Below, piece after piece: positions 49,341 to 59,760 of a stretch of DNA of 64,000 nt. This DNA comes from Candidatus Bathyarchaeota archaeon (GTDB taxonomy: Archaea; Thermoproteota; Bathyarchaeia; Bathyarchaeales; Bathycorpusculaceae). Every line of letters begins with the position of its first letter. The first letter of the stretch is position 1. Both the position numbers and the translations under genes were made by a program. The DNA lies in the NCBI GenBank assembly GCA_963827165.1, contig CAWGZR010000005.1:384001-448000 (forward strand), written 5' to 3'. Below the pieces are notes generated by a model. The model made no database searches. It was not told where the DNA came from and saw only the letters and a list, made by a program, of their open reading frames with translations.

Positions 49341-50801
49341 ATGGATTCAGGCACCACAAACCAAACTTCCACAGGCGCTCGCATAAGTTACCCCTCGAAA
49401 GTTCTCCTCACGGTAACCTCGGTTGCACTTCTAGTAAACTACGTTGAAACAATGGTTATCCCAGGCATCCCCACGATCCAAGCACATTTTTCGTCCACCG
49501 CAACCATTGCCTCATGGATAACCTCAGCGTTCCTAATCGTAGGCGCCGCGGTTTCTCCGCTCTTCGGAAAACTCGGCGACATCTATGGAAAGAAAAAGAT
49601 TTTCCTAACGGTTTTGCTTTTCTACATTGCGGGAGTAGGTTTAGCCGGGTTTTCAACAAGCATCTACATGCTCATAGCTTCAAGAGCCATCCAAGGCATC
49701 GGCTTTGCCATAGTTCCATTAGGCTTAGCAATCATCACCGACATTTTCCCCAAAGAAAGAGTAGCCACCGCACAGGGCATAATCAGCGGAACCTTCGCCA
49801 TCGGAGCCGCGGCAGGCTTAATCATCGGCGCCTATATTGTACAGGATCTAAGTTGGGAATGGGCTTTCCACACGGCGTTCATCCTAAGCATCATTCTGTT
49901 TTTCATTGTTGTTGTAATGCTCAAGAAAGATGTGCCTGGCGAAAAGAGCAAGGTTGACATCACAGGTGCGACAATGCTTATGGCGGGCATAATTCTAGTG
50001 CTCCTTTATCTTACAGAAGCCCCCAGCATTGGTTGGCTATCGCTTGAGAACATTGCCTTCCTTGTACCTGGCTTAGCTTTGACGCTTGGTTTCTTCGTAT
50101 TCGAGAACAGCCGCACCACACCCCTCATAAATCTGGGGCTACTAAAAATTCGAAACGTACTTGTCGCAAACTTGGTTGGTATACTATCAACCATGTCGAT
50201 GTTTCTATTGTTCTTCGCCGTCATCTACTACGCTCAATACCCTAAACCATACGGATTAGATTTGAGCATAATCAACACAGGACTAACGCTCGCGCCAGCA
50301 ACACTTGTAATGCTCATAGTTGGACCCATTATGGGCAGACTCGTTACGAGGATAGGACCTAAACCTATACTTGCTCTGGGTGCGTCGGTCAGCATCTTGG
50401 GTTTGCTTCTGTTCACTTTCTTTAGGGGGACCACGTTGGAATTATCCATTGATGTTGCAGTAGCTCTGATCGGAGTCGTTTCCCTCATAATTCCAATAGT
50501 GAACATGATTTCGGTGTCTGTGCCTAGGGAAAACACTGCTGTAGGCTTGGGGATGAACACTATGCTCAGAAACTTGGGGGGCGCCATTGGACCAGTCCTC
50601 GCAACAACCATAATATCCACATACTACACTAGTGTAAAATTGCCTGTGCCGTCGTCCACCCTCACTTTCGGAGACAAAACAGCCTTCAATACAATCTTCG
50701 CCATAGGTATTGTCTTAATGATAGTGATAATTGCCCTAAGTCTAACAAGCAAAAATTATACATTCACCAAAAACAACGGCAAGAACCCAAGTAAAAAATG
50801 A
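49341..50801 (+). CDS. MFS transporter (14-TM, DHA2-like)
   Basis: Motif A GKLGDIYGKKK, RAIQGIG; divergent from TetR. Confidence 0.93.
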   Translation: MDSGTTNQTSTGARISYPSKVLLTVTSVALLVNYVETMVIPGIPTIQAHFSSTATIASWITSAFLIVGAAVSPLFGKLGDIYGKKKIFLTVLLFYIAGVGLAGFSTSIYMLIASRAIQGIGFAIVPLGLAIITDIFPKERVATAQGIISGTFAIGAAAGLIIGAYIVQDLSWEWAFHTAFILSIILFFIVVVMLKKDVPGEKSKVDITGATMLMAGIILVLLYLTEAPSIGWLSLENIAFLVPGLALTLGFFVFENSRTTPLINLGLLKIRNVLVANLVGILSTMSMFLLFFAVIYYAQYPKPYGLDLSIINTGLTLAPATLVMLIVGPIMGRLVTRIGPKPILALGASVSILGLLLFTFFRGTTLELSIDVAVALIGVVSLIIPIVNMISVSVPRENTAVGLGMNTMLRNLGGAIGPVLATTIISTYYTSVKLPVPSSTLTFGDKTAFNTIFAIGIVLMIVIIALSLTSKNYTFTKNNGKNPSKK

Positions 50802-50920
50802 AAAATTCTTATGTTCGGAGTTGCAAAGTTTCTTTTATATTTGCGGAAAGAACAAGAAAAACCTGAAATCAAGTCGTTTATATAACGGATTGAGTTATTT
50901 CCAAAAAATAAAGAACGGTT

Positions 50921-51562
50921 TTAAGCTGGCGCCAGCTTTCTTCCGCAGTGTGGACAGAAAGTTGCATCTGCCGCAACTGGTGCGCCGCAATTGGGACAGT
51001 ATCTTGTTGCTTGCATTGGTGGAGGGGTTGACGTTGGCGGCGGCTGGTAAGCGTATTGCTGCGTCTGCTCGGTTTTTATCGAGAAGAACGCGATTGTCGC
51101 AATTATCCAAGCTACCAGTATTATCAAGAGCCCGATGAAGAAGACTATTGTTAGAATTGCGCCGACAAACAGGAGAAGCCCCGCGGTTTCAAACATGTGT
51201 TCGCCTGACTTTTGTGCAAGCGAGTTGAAGGCTCTTCGCAGATACATTGCTGCTATCAGGTAAAATATGAAAACAACCACCGCTAACCCGAACAACCCGA
51301 GCAAACCGAAGCCGATTCCGAAGACACCAAAAGCCCCGCTTAGGAAGAATATGGGGATGGCTGCTGCGACGGCTATCAACGCTATGAAGGCGAAGATGGC
51401 GCCCCAGAGGGCGTTCTGGTAGATGCTTGGGTCTTTGTAGTAGTTTGACATTCCCCGCATGCCGATTAATACAAGTATTATGCCGACGATGCTGATGAAC
51501 GGGAAAATAAGCAAGATTGAACCGATGCCAGCTAAAGTCTTATCAGATTCTAAACTGCTCAT
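50921..51562 (-). CDS. DUF996 family membrane protein with C-terminal Zn ribbon
   Basis: KTLAGIGSILL, FETAGLLLFVGAIL, CPNCG...FCPHCG. Confidence 0.85.
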   Translation of the reverse strand: MSSLESDKTLAGIGSILLIFPFISIVGIILVLIGMRGMSNYYKDPSIYQNALWGAIFAFIALIAVAAAIPIFFLSGAFGVFGIGFGLLGLFGLAVVVFIFYLIAAMYLRRAFNSLAQKSGEHMFETAGLLLFVGAILTIVFFIGLLIILVAWIIATIAFFSIKTEQTQQYAYQPPPTSTPPPMQATRYCPNCGAPVAADATFCPHCGRKLAPA

Positions 51563-51702
51563 TTTAATTTAGCCTCACAAAACCAAATTCTATTCTATCG
51601 TTGTTTTCAGATAAAGCTTTCTATATACCCCTAATCCGCTTGGCAGCCCAGCCACTGTGTTTTTAACAGAGTAGCAACAGAGAGAATAAAGGCGAACAGC
51701 AA

Positions 51703-53238
51703 TTGACAAATAATAATTTAAATTCACAATACAAACAGCTTTTAGAGAAAACCGAAGATTTAATGGTTCTGCAGACGGCTGAAGGTTTGATTCACTGGGA
51801 CATGGAAACCATGATGCCTCCTGGCGCAGTGGAGCAAAGAAGCATGCAGCTGTCCCTTTTAACCCGTATCAGCCATCAAATGAGCACTGACCCAAAAATC
51901 GGAAAATTATTAACATCTATCCAGGCAAACCCTCTATACGAGTCAATGGAGCAAGCTGAGAAACGTAACGTTTACCTCATAAAAAAAAGCTACCGGGAAC
52001 AAACAAGCCTGCCAGAAAAACTAGTTGCCGCCATCGCCAAGCAAGAAGCAGTCGCGGTGAATGTTTGGAAAAAAGCTAAAGCCCAAAAAAACTTTGCCCT
52101 TTTCAAACCTGACCTGCAAAAAACAGTGGATTTGACCTTGGAAGCTGCGGAAATTCTCATGCCAGTAAAAGAAGTCAAGACGCCGTACGAAGCTTTAATC
52201 GATAATTTTGAGCCTAAGATGAACGCCGAAACTATTACGTCAACGTTTAACCAGCTTCAAAGCGGATTGAAACGACTAATAGAAAAAATTCAAGATAGCC
52301 AAAGTAAGCCAGACACCTCGGTTCTCAGCATATCTGTTCCAGTTGAAAGCCAGCGGCAGATTGCTCAGGTTTTGACTCAGACTTTAGGTTACGATACTTG
52401 TTCGCTTGAAGCTCGAGGAAGAATCGATGAGACAGAGCACCCCTTCACCGAAGGCTATTACGACGACGTCCGAATAACCACACATTATTACCCGAACAAT
52501 TTCGCTAGCTCTATCTTTTCTGTCCTCCATGAAAGCGGACATGCTCGCTACGAGCAGAACCTCAACTCAAAATGGAAGTTCCAGCCCATAGGTTCCCCCT
52601 GCTCGTTTGGCATACACGAGTCACAATCGCGTCTCTACGAAAATCTAATTGGACGATCTAAAGAGTTCTGGACCGGTCTCATACCAAGAATAAAGAAGGT
52701 AGCTCCTAGCCTTGCGAACCTAGAACTGGACAAGTTCGTGAAAGCCATCAACAGGGTGGGGCTTTCTAAAATACGCATAGAAGCCGACGAGGTCACGTAT
52801 AGTCTGCACATAATTGTGCGCTTTGAAATTGAAAGGGATCTTTTCGCCGGTAAAATCAAAGTCAACGAGTTGCCGCAGGTTTGGAACCAAAAATACGCGG
52901 ATTATCTGGATGTTAAAGTTATGGATGATTCGGAAGGGGTAATGCAGGATACTCATTGGGCAAGTGGATTATTCGGTTACTTCCCGAGCTATGCTCTAGG
53001 CAACATCTACAGCGGACAAATATTGGCGGCCATAACCAAAGACATGCCTGATTGGCGGAACCAACTCGCGGCTGGGAAGCTCGACGAGCCGAATGAGTGG
53101 TTGAAAAGAAACATACACGGCTTAAGCAACCTCTACGACCCCGAGGAACTTATAAAGAGAGCGACTGGAAGAAACCTGAATTCTGAAGCGTTCATGACTT
53201 ATTTGAATGAGAAGTACGGTGCGATTTACGGGTTCTGA
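51703..53238 (+). CDS. Carboxypeptidase M32 (Taq-like)
   Basis: HPF, HESGH (HExxH), HESQ, IRIEADE, QDTHW, GYFPSY. Confidence 0.96.
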   Translation: MTNNNLNSQYKQLLEKTEDLMVLQTAEGLIHWDMETMMPPGAVEQRSMQLSLLTRISHQMSTDPKIGKLLTSIQANPLYESMEQAEKRNVYLIKKSYREQTSLPEKLVAAIAKQEAVAVNVWKKAKAQKNFALFKPDLQKTVDLTLEAAEILMPVKEVKTPYEALIDNFEPKMNAETITSTFNQLQSGLKRLIEKIQDSQSKPDTSVLSISVPVESQRQIAQVLTQTLGYDTCSLEARGRIDETEHPFTEGYYDDVRITTHYYPNNFASSIFSVLHESGHARYEQNLNSKWKFQPIGSPCSFGIHESQSRLYENLIGRSKEFWTGLIPRIKKVAPSLANLELDKFVKAINRVGLSKIRIEADEVTYSLHIIVRFEIERDLFAGKIKVNELPQVWNQKYADYLDVKVMDDSEGVMQDTHWASGLFGYFPSYALGNIYSGQILAAITKDMPDWRNQLAAGKLDEPNEWLKRNIHGLSNLYDPEELIKRATGRNLNSEAFMTYLNEKYGAIYGF

Positions 53239-53486
53239 ACGGCTGGTGTTTGAGGCGAGGGCATGGGCTTCTTGGTGAATTCCTTATATATGTATATCAC
53301 GAGGTAAACCATGATTGAGCCAATGGAAAGGTAGAGACCGGTGTCACCGACTATTAAACCCTGGATGGGGGTAACGTCCTTACCTACAGATGTGCCGCCC
53401 CAAAGTTGAATGTTAGCGCCCACCACGAATAGTATGAAACCAAGGATGAATGCGGCTAGGCACGCCCAGTCAATCCGAGACATCAT
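53226..53486 (-). CDS. Small two-TM membrane protein
   Basis: Two hydrophobic segments, GAGGT SD. Confidence 0.7.
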   Translation of the reverse strand: MMSRIDWACLAAFILGFILFVVGANIQLWGGTSVGKDVTPIQGLIVGDTGLYLSIGSIMVYLVIYIYKEFTKKPMPSPQTPAVQNP

Positions 53487-53645
53487 ATTACCTCAGAGGA
53501 TGCAACAAATAAAACTCCAAGGTATATAGATTTACCGCTGAAACTTTCCCGGTGAGAAGCAAATGTTACCGCCCAACATTCAATAGGTAAAATTACGTCA
53601 AATATCGAGAATTAAACCGACGGCCCTAAATATTTTTCGAAGCCT

Positions 53646-53703
53646 CCGACATTTTTATATATAAGATAGTACACAGGAAAGCGCTGAGGAGATCAAATGT
53701 CGG
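53646..53703. promoter_or_regulatory. Inverted repeat CCGACATTT / AAATGTCGG around the TATA box and start codon of fae-hps
   Basis: Perfect 9-bp arms at 53646-53654 and 53695-53703, with tttatatataag between them. Confidence 0.5.
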
Positions 53704-55145
53704 GAGCAGATGTTAAGAAGCCAGAAACTCGGGAAGAATTTGTTAAAGTGTTGACAGAAGCCGCGAAAAAAGAAGTTGATTTGAAAAATAGGCCGACAAA
53801 ACCGACAATCGTCGGAACGGCAAAAGAAATGGACATTCATCGAGATACACTTTATAGTTGGTTGAAAGAATTTAATGTCGATTTTAAAGAGGTGGGCGAC
53901 CGCGTACCGACAGCTATTGCAGATGCCCCAGAAAAAAAATCCGGAAGCATTTACTTAATCGGGGAATCTCTGGTTGGGGAAGGAAACGAAGTTGCACACA
54001 TCGACCTTATGATTGGCAATAAGGATGGCCCAGTGGGGCAAGCCTTCGCCAATGGCATGACAAGCCTGTCGGCGGGGCACACGCCGCTACTGGCCGTTAT
54101 TAGACCCAATTTGCCGTCTAAACCTCACACGCTAATCGTACCCAAAGTAACCGTGAAGAACATGGAGGATACGGGAAAGATTTTTGGTCCCGCTCAGGCG
54201 GCGGTTGCCAAAGCCATCGCTGACTCCGCAGAAGAAGGAATCATTCCACGCGAGCACCTAGACGACTGGGTTATAATCTGCAGCGTTTTTATCCATCCGC
54301 AAGCAGCTGACTTCAGAAGAATCTACCAGTACAATTATGGCGCAACAAAAATGGCGCTCCAACGTGCACTGAAGAATTACCCATCGTTCGAAAAAATGAT
54401 CTACGAAAAAGACCGTTCAAAGCACCCCATCATGGGCTTCAAAGTTCCGCGCCTATGGAGGCCACCATATCTGCAAATTGCATTAGACGCGCCAAATCTT
54501 GAAGGGGCAAAGAAGGTTCTTGAACAACTGCCAGGAAGCGACAGAATCATAATTGAAGTCGGAACCCCCCTCATAAAACGGTACGGCACACGCGTAATCA
54601 ACGAGCTGCGCCAAACCGCGAAAGCCAAAGACAAATTTGTGATAGCAGACCTCAAAACCCTTGATGTGGGCAAAGTTGAAGTAGACATCGCATACGAAGA
54701 CACGGCAGACGCAGTTGTCGCAGCAGGCTTAGCACCTCCAGAAACGCTTGACGCAACGGTTTCAGAAGCCAGACGTATGGGAATCTACGCAGTCATAGAC
54801 ATGCTAAACGTGGAAGATGTTATGGCAAAGCTGAAGTCAATTAAAGATTTACCGGATATTGTCATACTGCACAGAGGCATTGACCAAGAAAGTGGCAGAA
54901 CCTGCGGACTCGAACGCATAAAAATGATACGGGACGCCTTCCCAAACAGGAAACTCCTCATAGCAGTTGCCGGAGGAATCGTGCCGGAAACCGCTAAAGA
55001 AGCCTTGGAGCTTGGCGCAGACATCCTAATCGTCGGCAGATACGTCACTCAGAGCAGAGACATCGTTCGGGCAGTAAGAGACTTCCTTGAACTAACACCA
55101 GCCATGCGTGAAGACATCGATCTCTACAGAGTACACACAGAATAA
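53697..55145 (+). CDS. fae-hps: Bifunctional formaldehyde-activating enzyme / 3-hexulose-6-phosphate synthase with N-terminal HTH
   Basis: Fae: IGESLVGEGNEVAHIDL, GHTPLLAVIRPNL, FGPAQAAVA. Hps: LQIALD, EVGTPLIK, ADLKTLDVG, HRGIDQE, VAGGI. Confidence 0.95.
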   Translation: MSGADVKKPETREEFVKVLTEAAKKEVDLKNRPTKPTIVGTAKEMDIHRDTLYSWLKEFNVDFKEVGDRVPTAIADAPEKKSGSIYLIGESLVGEGNEVAHIDLMIGNKDGPVGQAFANGMTSLSAGHTPLLAVIRPNLPSKPHTLIVPKVTVKNMEDTGKIFGPAQAAVAKAIADSAEEGIIPREHLDDWVIICSVFIHPQAADFRRIYQYNYGATKMALQRALKNYPSFEKMIYEKDRSKHPIMGFKVPRLWRPPYLQIALDAPNLEGAKKVLEQLPGSDRIIIEVGTPLIKRYGTRVINELRQTAKAKDKFVIADLKTLDVGKVEVDIAYEDTADAVVAAGLAPPETLDATVSEARRMGIYAVIDMLNVEDVMAKLKSIKDLPDIVILHRGIDQESGRTCGLERIKMIRDAFPNRKLLIAVAGGIVPETAKEALELGADILIVGRYVTQSRDIVRAVRDFLELTPAMREDIDLYRVHTE

Positions 55146-55260
55146 AACCGAGCGAAAGCTCATCAACTTTTTCTTTTATTTATTTTTTAATGTTGTTGCT
55201 TCAGGAGAATCGCCCATCTATCGCCAACTATATCTTTTGTATGATAGCCTTCTTTTGCCG

Positions 55261-55340
55261 TTGACTTTTATTGACTATTACTGACTATTACAGACTACTA
55301 TCGACTATTAAAGACTATTACAGACTATTAAAGACTCAAC
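55261..55340. repeat. Tandem array of eight 10-bp units, NNGACTATTA
   Basis: ttgactttta ttgactatta ctgactatta cagactacta tcgactatta aagactatta cagactatta aagactcaac. Confidence 0.92.
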
Positions 55341-55625
55341 CTGCAACCAATCCAAACCCTAAATCAAAAAAGCAACCCAAAACACAAAGAAAAAAATTTC
55401 CGCGCCGAAAACCCGCCGTCCGTTCCTACTTCCAAAGGGTTCTTCTATCGTCACCCGAAATTTTTCGGGATATTCTAAGATGGTTTGAGATGATTGTGGC
55501 ACCCAAATCAAGCCTAAACCAAGAAAAAACAGCCTAAACCATCCCCAAAGACGGGGGAACCTTACTGAGAGAGCGGATATGGTTTTTATAAACAAAACCA
55601 ATCACACGAGACACACCTAACCATT

Positions 55626-56876
55626 TCATCTAAAAAGTTTCAAAGTTAAGAAGGCAACTAAGAAAAAAACGGCTGTTATAACGAACATTGGGGTGTAGTT
55701 GAGGCTGAATGCAAGGAATGGCCCTAGGAAGGCACCTATGGCTGATCCTAAGCCGACGAGGCCGTCGAAGAAGCCGGCTTTTCCTTGGGGTATAACCTCC
55801 ATTGAGAGGGAAAGCATCATAATGTAGTACATGGCGTAGGCGAACCCCATGAAAATCAGCAAAATTCCCGTCATAATTGTGGGCGCCAAAGCAAACACGA
55901 TGACCCCGACTAGCGCAAAAATAAGTACGCTACGCAGGAGGACAAAACGCGGCATCTGCTTTCGTATATCCATTGAATGTGCCCGATGCGCGATCAGAAA
56001 ATACCCTGTTGTCCCTCCAACAGAGTTCAAGATATATGCGACGTAAACCCAGCTTGTCGACAAGCCTAAACCGTCTCTAAGAAAAATCGGCAACGGAGTG
56101 AAGAACAGGCTCGTTGCAAGAGCAAACAAAACTATCGCTAAAGCAAACCCAGCGAAACTCTCCTCCTTTAGCGAACCGTTCCAACGCAGCCCATCCATAA
56201 GCCTCGAAGAACCCTCTAACCCGCGATTAGCAATATCCATCTTTCTCTCTATGGCAACCAGACGCCTCTCAAAAATCAACAACGGGTCAGCAACAAGCAA
56301 CGCCGCCAAAACCAAAGCCACCACGCTCAAAACGCTGCAGATATAAAACGTGTAATTTGACAAAACAGAGAAACTGAAAGTAGACGCAAAAAGAATTATT
56401 CCCATTGCCAAACCGGAAATTGTGCCTAGTTCAGTTATACCTTCATAAACCCCGAAAGTTCTTTCCCAATCGTTGCGGCTGTAATGCTCTGTAACGAGCA
56501 CATTCTTTGGCGATTCATGTGCCACATGAAGCATTTGCATAGCCACGTACAAGGCAACGAAGACTATTAGATTCTGGGCAAAAGGAAGCGTCATGAGGAA
56601 AAGAATCAGGGCTATCGAAGCGAAAGCAAGAAGAATGAAGATTTTGTAGTGACGTGTAGCATCGCAGAGGTACCCCCAGAGAAACGAGGCAGGAATCGAG
56701 CAAAAAATCGCAATTGAAGTCATAACGCCCAAGGCAAGCAACGGCCCGCCCAAGATACTGGTGTTCTTAAAAGCAATGACATAGAGTGGAATGAAGACGG
56801 TTAGTAATCCGAAAGCCATGTCATGAAAGAAGAACCCCAACCGCCACATAGCAAAAAATGCACTCCTATGTTGCAT
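55626..56876 (-). CDS. MFS transporter (12-TM)
   Basis: WGYLCDATRHYK motif-A variant, 6+6 TM layout. Confidence 0.88.
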   Translation of the reverse strand: MQHRSAFFAMWRLGFFFHDMAFGLLTVFIPLYVIAFKNTSILGGPLLALGVMTSIAIFCSIPASFLWGYLCDATRHYKIFILLAFASIALILFLMTLPFAQNLIVFVALYVAMQMLHVAHESPKNVLVTEHYSRNDWERTFGVYEGITELGTISGLAMGIILFASTFSFSVLSNYTFYICSVLSVVALVLAALLVADPLLIFERRLVAIERKMDIANRGLEGSSRLMDGLRWNGSLKEESFAGFALAIVLFALATSLFFTPLPIFLRDGLGLSTSWVYVAYILNSVGGTTGYFLIAHRAHSMDIRKQMPRFVLLRSVLIFALVGVIVFALAPTIMTGILLIFMGFAYAMYYIMMLSLSMEVIPQGKAGFFDGLVGLGSAIGAFLGPFLAFSLNYTPMFVITAVFFLVAFLTLKLFR

Positions 56877-56998
56877 TAAAGCTTTTGCCTGCCCAAAACG
56901 GACTTGCTTAAAAAAGGCTACTCAGACACGTTTTGCATATAAATCCTTAATAGAGAGATGCCCCAAATTCATACTCCGCTGGAGAGTAAAATCAGCAA

Positions 56999-57403
56999 AT
57001 GGCAAAATTCAAGATAATAGTGTCAGACCCTGAAGCGGGAACATCAAAAGTTGTAGAGCTAGAAGAAGCAAGAGCAGCACCATTCATTGGTAGACGAGTC
57101 GGAGAAACCATTGACGGCTCAATAGTTGACTTACCGGCTCACAAAGTGCTAATAACTGGTGGATCTGACAAAGATGGCGTCCCAATCAGAGGAAACGTAC
57201 ACGGCGGAGTCCGACGAAGAGTCGTCCTAAGCGGCGGAGCAGGCTTCAAACCAGAGAAAAAAGGAGAAAGAAAACGCAAAACAGTCCGAGGAAGCACCTT
57301 AACCGACGAAATCGTCCAAATCAATATGAAAATCGTTGAGAGACCAGGCGCAAAACCCGCCGAAGCCAAGCCAAAGCAACCCGCAAAACAAGCGACAGTT
57401 TAG
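56999..57403 (+). CDS. rps6e: 30S ribosomal protein S6e
   Basis: FKIIVSDP, ITGGSDKDG.P, GERKRKTVRG. Confidence 0.97.
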   Translation: MAKFKIIVSDPEAGTSKVVELEEARAAPFIGRRVGETIDGSIVDLPAHKVLITGGSDKDGVPIRGNVHGGVRRRVVLSGGAGFKPEKKGERKRKTVRGSTLTDEIVQINMKIVERPGAKPAEAKPKQPAKQATV

Positions 57404-57480
57404 AAGACTGTTTGCTTAAACCTTATAAACTTCTATAGTTCTTTCATAATTCATTACGTTTATTTAGAGAAGAGAAAAAC

Positions 57481-58734
57481 ATGAGTGACGCGAATAAAGT
57501 GCTGCCTAAGCAGCCGGAAGTCAACGTTGGCACAATTGGTCATGTAGACCACGGAAAAACAACTTTGGTGCAAGCGTTAACTGGCACATGGGCTTCCAGA
57601 CACAGCGAAGAACTCAAAAGAGGAATCACCATCAAACTGGGCTATGCGGACATGCCCATTTACAAATGCCCTAAATGTCAACCGCCCAACAATTACACTC
57701 ACAAGCCATACTGCGAAAAATGTGATTCACCCGCAGAATTTGTCCGAGCAATAAGCTTTGTCGACGCACCTGGACATGAAGCATTGATGGCAACAATGCT
57801 TAGCGGCGCAGCAATCATGGACGGCGCAATCCTTGTTATAGCGGCTGATGAACCGTGCCCTCAACCGCAAACCCGCGAGCATCTTGCAGCGGCGGAAGTC
57901 AGCGGAATCAAAAACCTAATTATTGTACAGAACAAAATTGACATCGTAGATCAGAAAAGAGCACTAGAAAGCTACAACGAAATCAAAAACTTCATCAAAG
58001 GAACAGTCGCTGAAAAAGCCCCCATCATCCCAATCTCAGCCCAAAGAAGCATAAACATCGACGTACTGCTCACCGCAATCGAAACAATCATACCCACGCC
58101 AAAAAGAGACGAAACTAAAGACCCACTCATGTACATCGTCCGCTCTTTTGACATTAACAAACCGGGAACCACAATAGATACTTTAGAAGGCGGCATCATT
58201 GGCGGAACAATCGCTCAGGGAAAATTCGTTGTTGGAGAGGAAATAGAGATTCGCCCAGGAATCAGCGTTGAAAGAGAAGGCAGGACTCTCTATGAACCGC
58301 TTATCAGCGAGATAGTCAGCCTTCACGCAGGAGACCAATGCGTGAAAGAAGCCACATGTGGAGGATTGGTAGGCGTTGGAACCTTGCTTGACCCATCTTA
58401 CTCAAAAGCAGATGGCTTAACAGGAAGCATTGCAGGAAAAGTTGGAATGCTTCCACCTACTCTTACAGAGATCACATTAGAAACCCATGTGTTGGAACGA
58501 GCAGTTGGAACAAAAGAATTGCTTAAAGTCGAGAAATTCAACCCAGACGAGCAACTTTTGCTTCACATTGGAGCGGCTGTAAATGTCGGTAAAATCCTCA
58601 GCATAAAGCAAAACGTCATAAAAGTGAAGCTGACAAGACCAATTTGCGCCCTTCCGGGTTCAAGAGTTGCCATAAGCAGAAAAATCACTGCGCGCTGGAG
58701 ACTCATCGGATACGGACTCATAGTGACGAAGTAA
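57481..58734 (+). CDS. eif2g: Translation initiation factor 2 gamma subunit
   Basis: GHVDHGKT, RGITIKLGYA, DAPGHE, QNKID, WRLIGYG. Confidence 0.98.
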   Translation: MSDANKVLPKQPEVNVGTIGHVDHGKTTLVQALTGTWASRHSEELKRGITIKLGYADMPIYKCPKCQPPNNYTHKPYCEKCDSPAEFVRAISFVDAPGHEALMATMLSGAAIMDGAILVIAADEPCPQPQTREHLAAAEVSGIKNLIIVQNKIDIVDQKRALESYNEIKNFIKGTVAEKAPIIPISAQRSINIDVLLTAIETIIPTPKRDETKDPLMYIVRSFDINKPGTTIDTLEGGIIGGTIAQGKFVVGEEIEIRPGISVEREGRTLYEPLISEIVSLHAGDQCVKEATCGGLVGVGTLLDPSYSKADGLTGSIAGKVGMLPPTLTEITLETHVLERAVGTKELLKVEKFNPDEQLLLHIGAAVNVGKILSIKQNVIKVKLTRPICALPGSRVAISRKITARWRLIGYGLIVTK

Positions 58735-58735
58735 G

Positions 58736-59176
58736 TCAATATTCTACGGGTTGTATTATTCCTTTTTTCTTCAGAAAATCTTGCGCTTTCTGCAAAACAT
58801 CTTTGGAGTTTTTGAAACTTAATTTCTCCAAAGCATGTTTGTAATCCAGCCAAATGTAACCTACATGTTCAAAAGACAATTCTACCTTGTCGGTGAAGGC
58901 TTCCATAACGAAGAAGACCACTTCTTTATGGACAGTCAACCCTTGTCGCCTATAGAAGTAGGCGATAGCTTCCCTAAAGTCGTCTATAAACTGTGCGCCA
59001 GTTATGCTTGTTTCCTCTTGTAATTCACGCACAACAGTCTGTTTCTCACTTTCGTTAACTTCGACGTTACCCTTTACGAAATCCCAATGCCCAGCTGCAT
59101 AGTTCAAAAGAAGATATTTCGCGGTATCATCTTTTCTTATGAATACCACTGCACCGCAGGATTTTTCGCGAAGCAT
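58736..59176 (-). CDS. NUDIX hydrolase (Ap4A hydrolase-like)
   Basis: EKSCGAVVF, GHWDFVKG...E...RELQEET, LSFEH. Confidence 0.92.
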   Translation of the reverse strand: MLREKSCGAVVFIRKDDTAKYLLLNYAAGHWDFVKGNVEVNESEKQTVVRELQEETSITGAQFIDDFREAIAYFYRRQGLTVHKEVVFFVMEAFTDKVELSFEHVGYIWLDYKHALEKLSFKNSKDVLQKAQDFLKKKGIIQPVEY

Positions 59177-59335
59177 ACATTCACCTGACTGCTGCTCAAA
59201 TCATTTACTCAAGCTATTTAAATTAACTGTTAATTCGGGGATCCATCAGATACATCAAATAGGAAAGAAACGAGATTAACAAAATGTTTAAGCAGACAAA
59301 AAACAATCTTTCCGAGAGATCAGGGGCCACGTAAC

Positions 59336-59758
59336 GTGTCAAACCCGCACAAGTCAAACGAACCGCTAAAAATTATCTTGGATTCAAACGCGTTTTTTAT
59401 TCAGCTAGAATTGAAAATCGACGTCTTCGAGGAAACAAAACGCTTGCTGAACAGAAATCTCGATTTTATCCTGCTCTCACCAGTTAAAAATGAGCTTGAG
59501 TTGTTGGCAACCAAGGATTCGCTAAAAACACGCAGAGAAGCCGCATATGCATTGAAGCTATCTGAAAAATGCAGGCTTGTCGCCGTTGAAAACTCCGAAA
59601 AAATGGCAACTGACGATGTAATACTCAAGGTTTCTAAGGCATGGAATGCGCCCGTGTTCACAAATGATAGACAACTAAGGAAGAGGCTAAAAGATATAAG
59701 TGTGCCAGTGATTTATGTGAGACAAAAATCGCGCCTAGATATTGACGGATTGATATAA
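59336..59758 (+). CDS. PIN-domain protein (Fcf1/Utp24-like)
   Basis: IILDSNAF, TDDVIL, TNDRQLRKRL; conserved position before rpoE. Confidence 0.9.
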   Translation: MSNPHKSNEPLKIILDSNAFFIQLELKIDVFEETKRLLNRNLDFILLSPVKNELELLATKDSLKTRREAAYALKLSEKCRLVAVENSEKMATDDVILKVSKAWNAPVFTNDRQLRKRLKDISVPVIYVRQKSRLDIDGLI

Positions 59759-59760
59759 CT

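Noticed and set aside
55261-55340. CRISPR array, or coding repeat in ORF 55271..55537
   Set aside because: Units are only 10 bp with no spacers and no cas genes are present; a 10-bp period is not codon-compatible and the ORF looks spurious.
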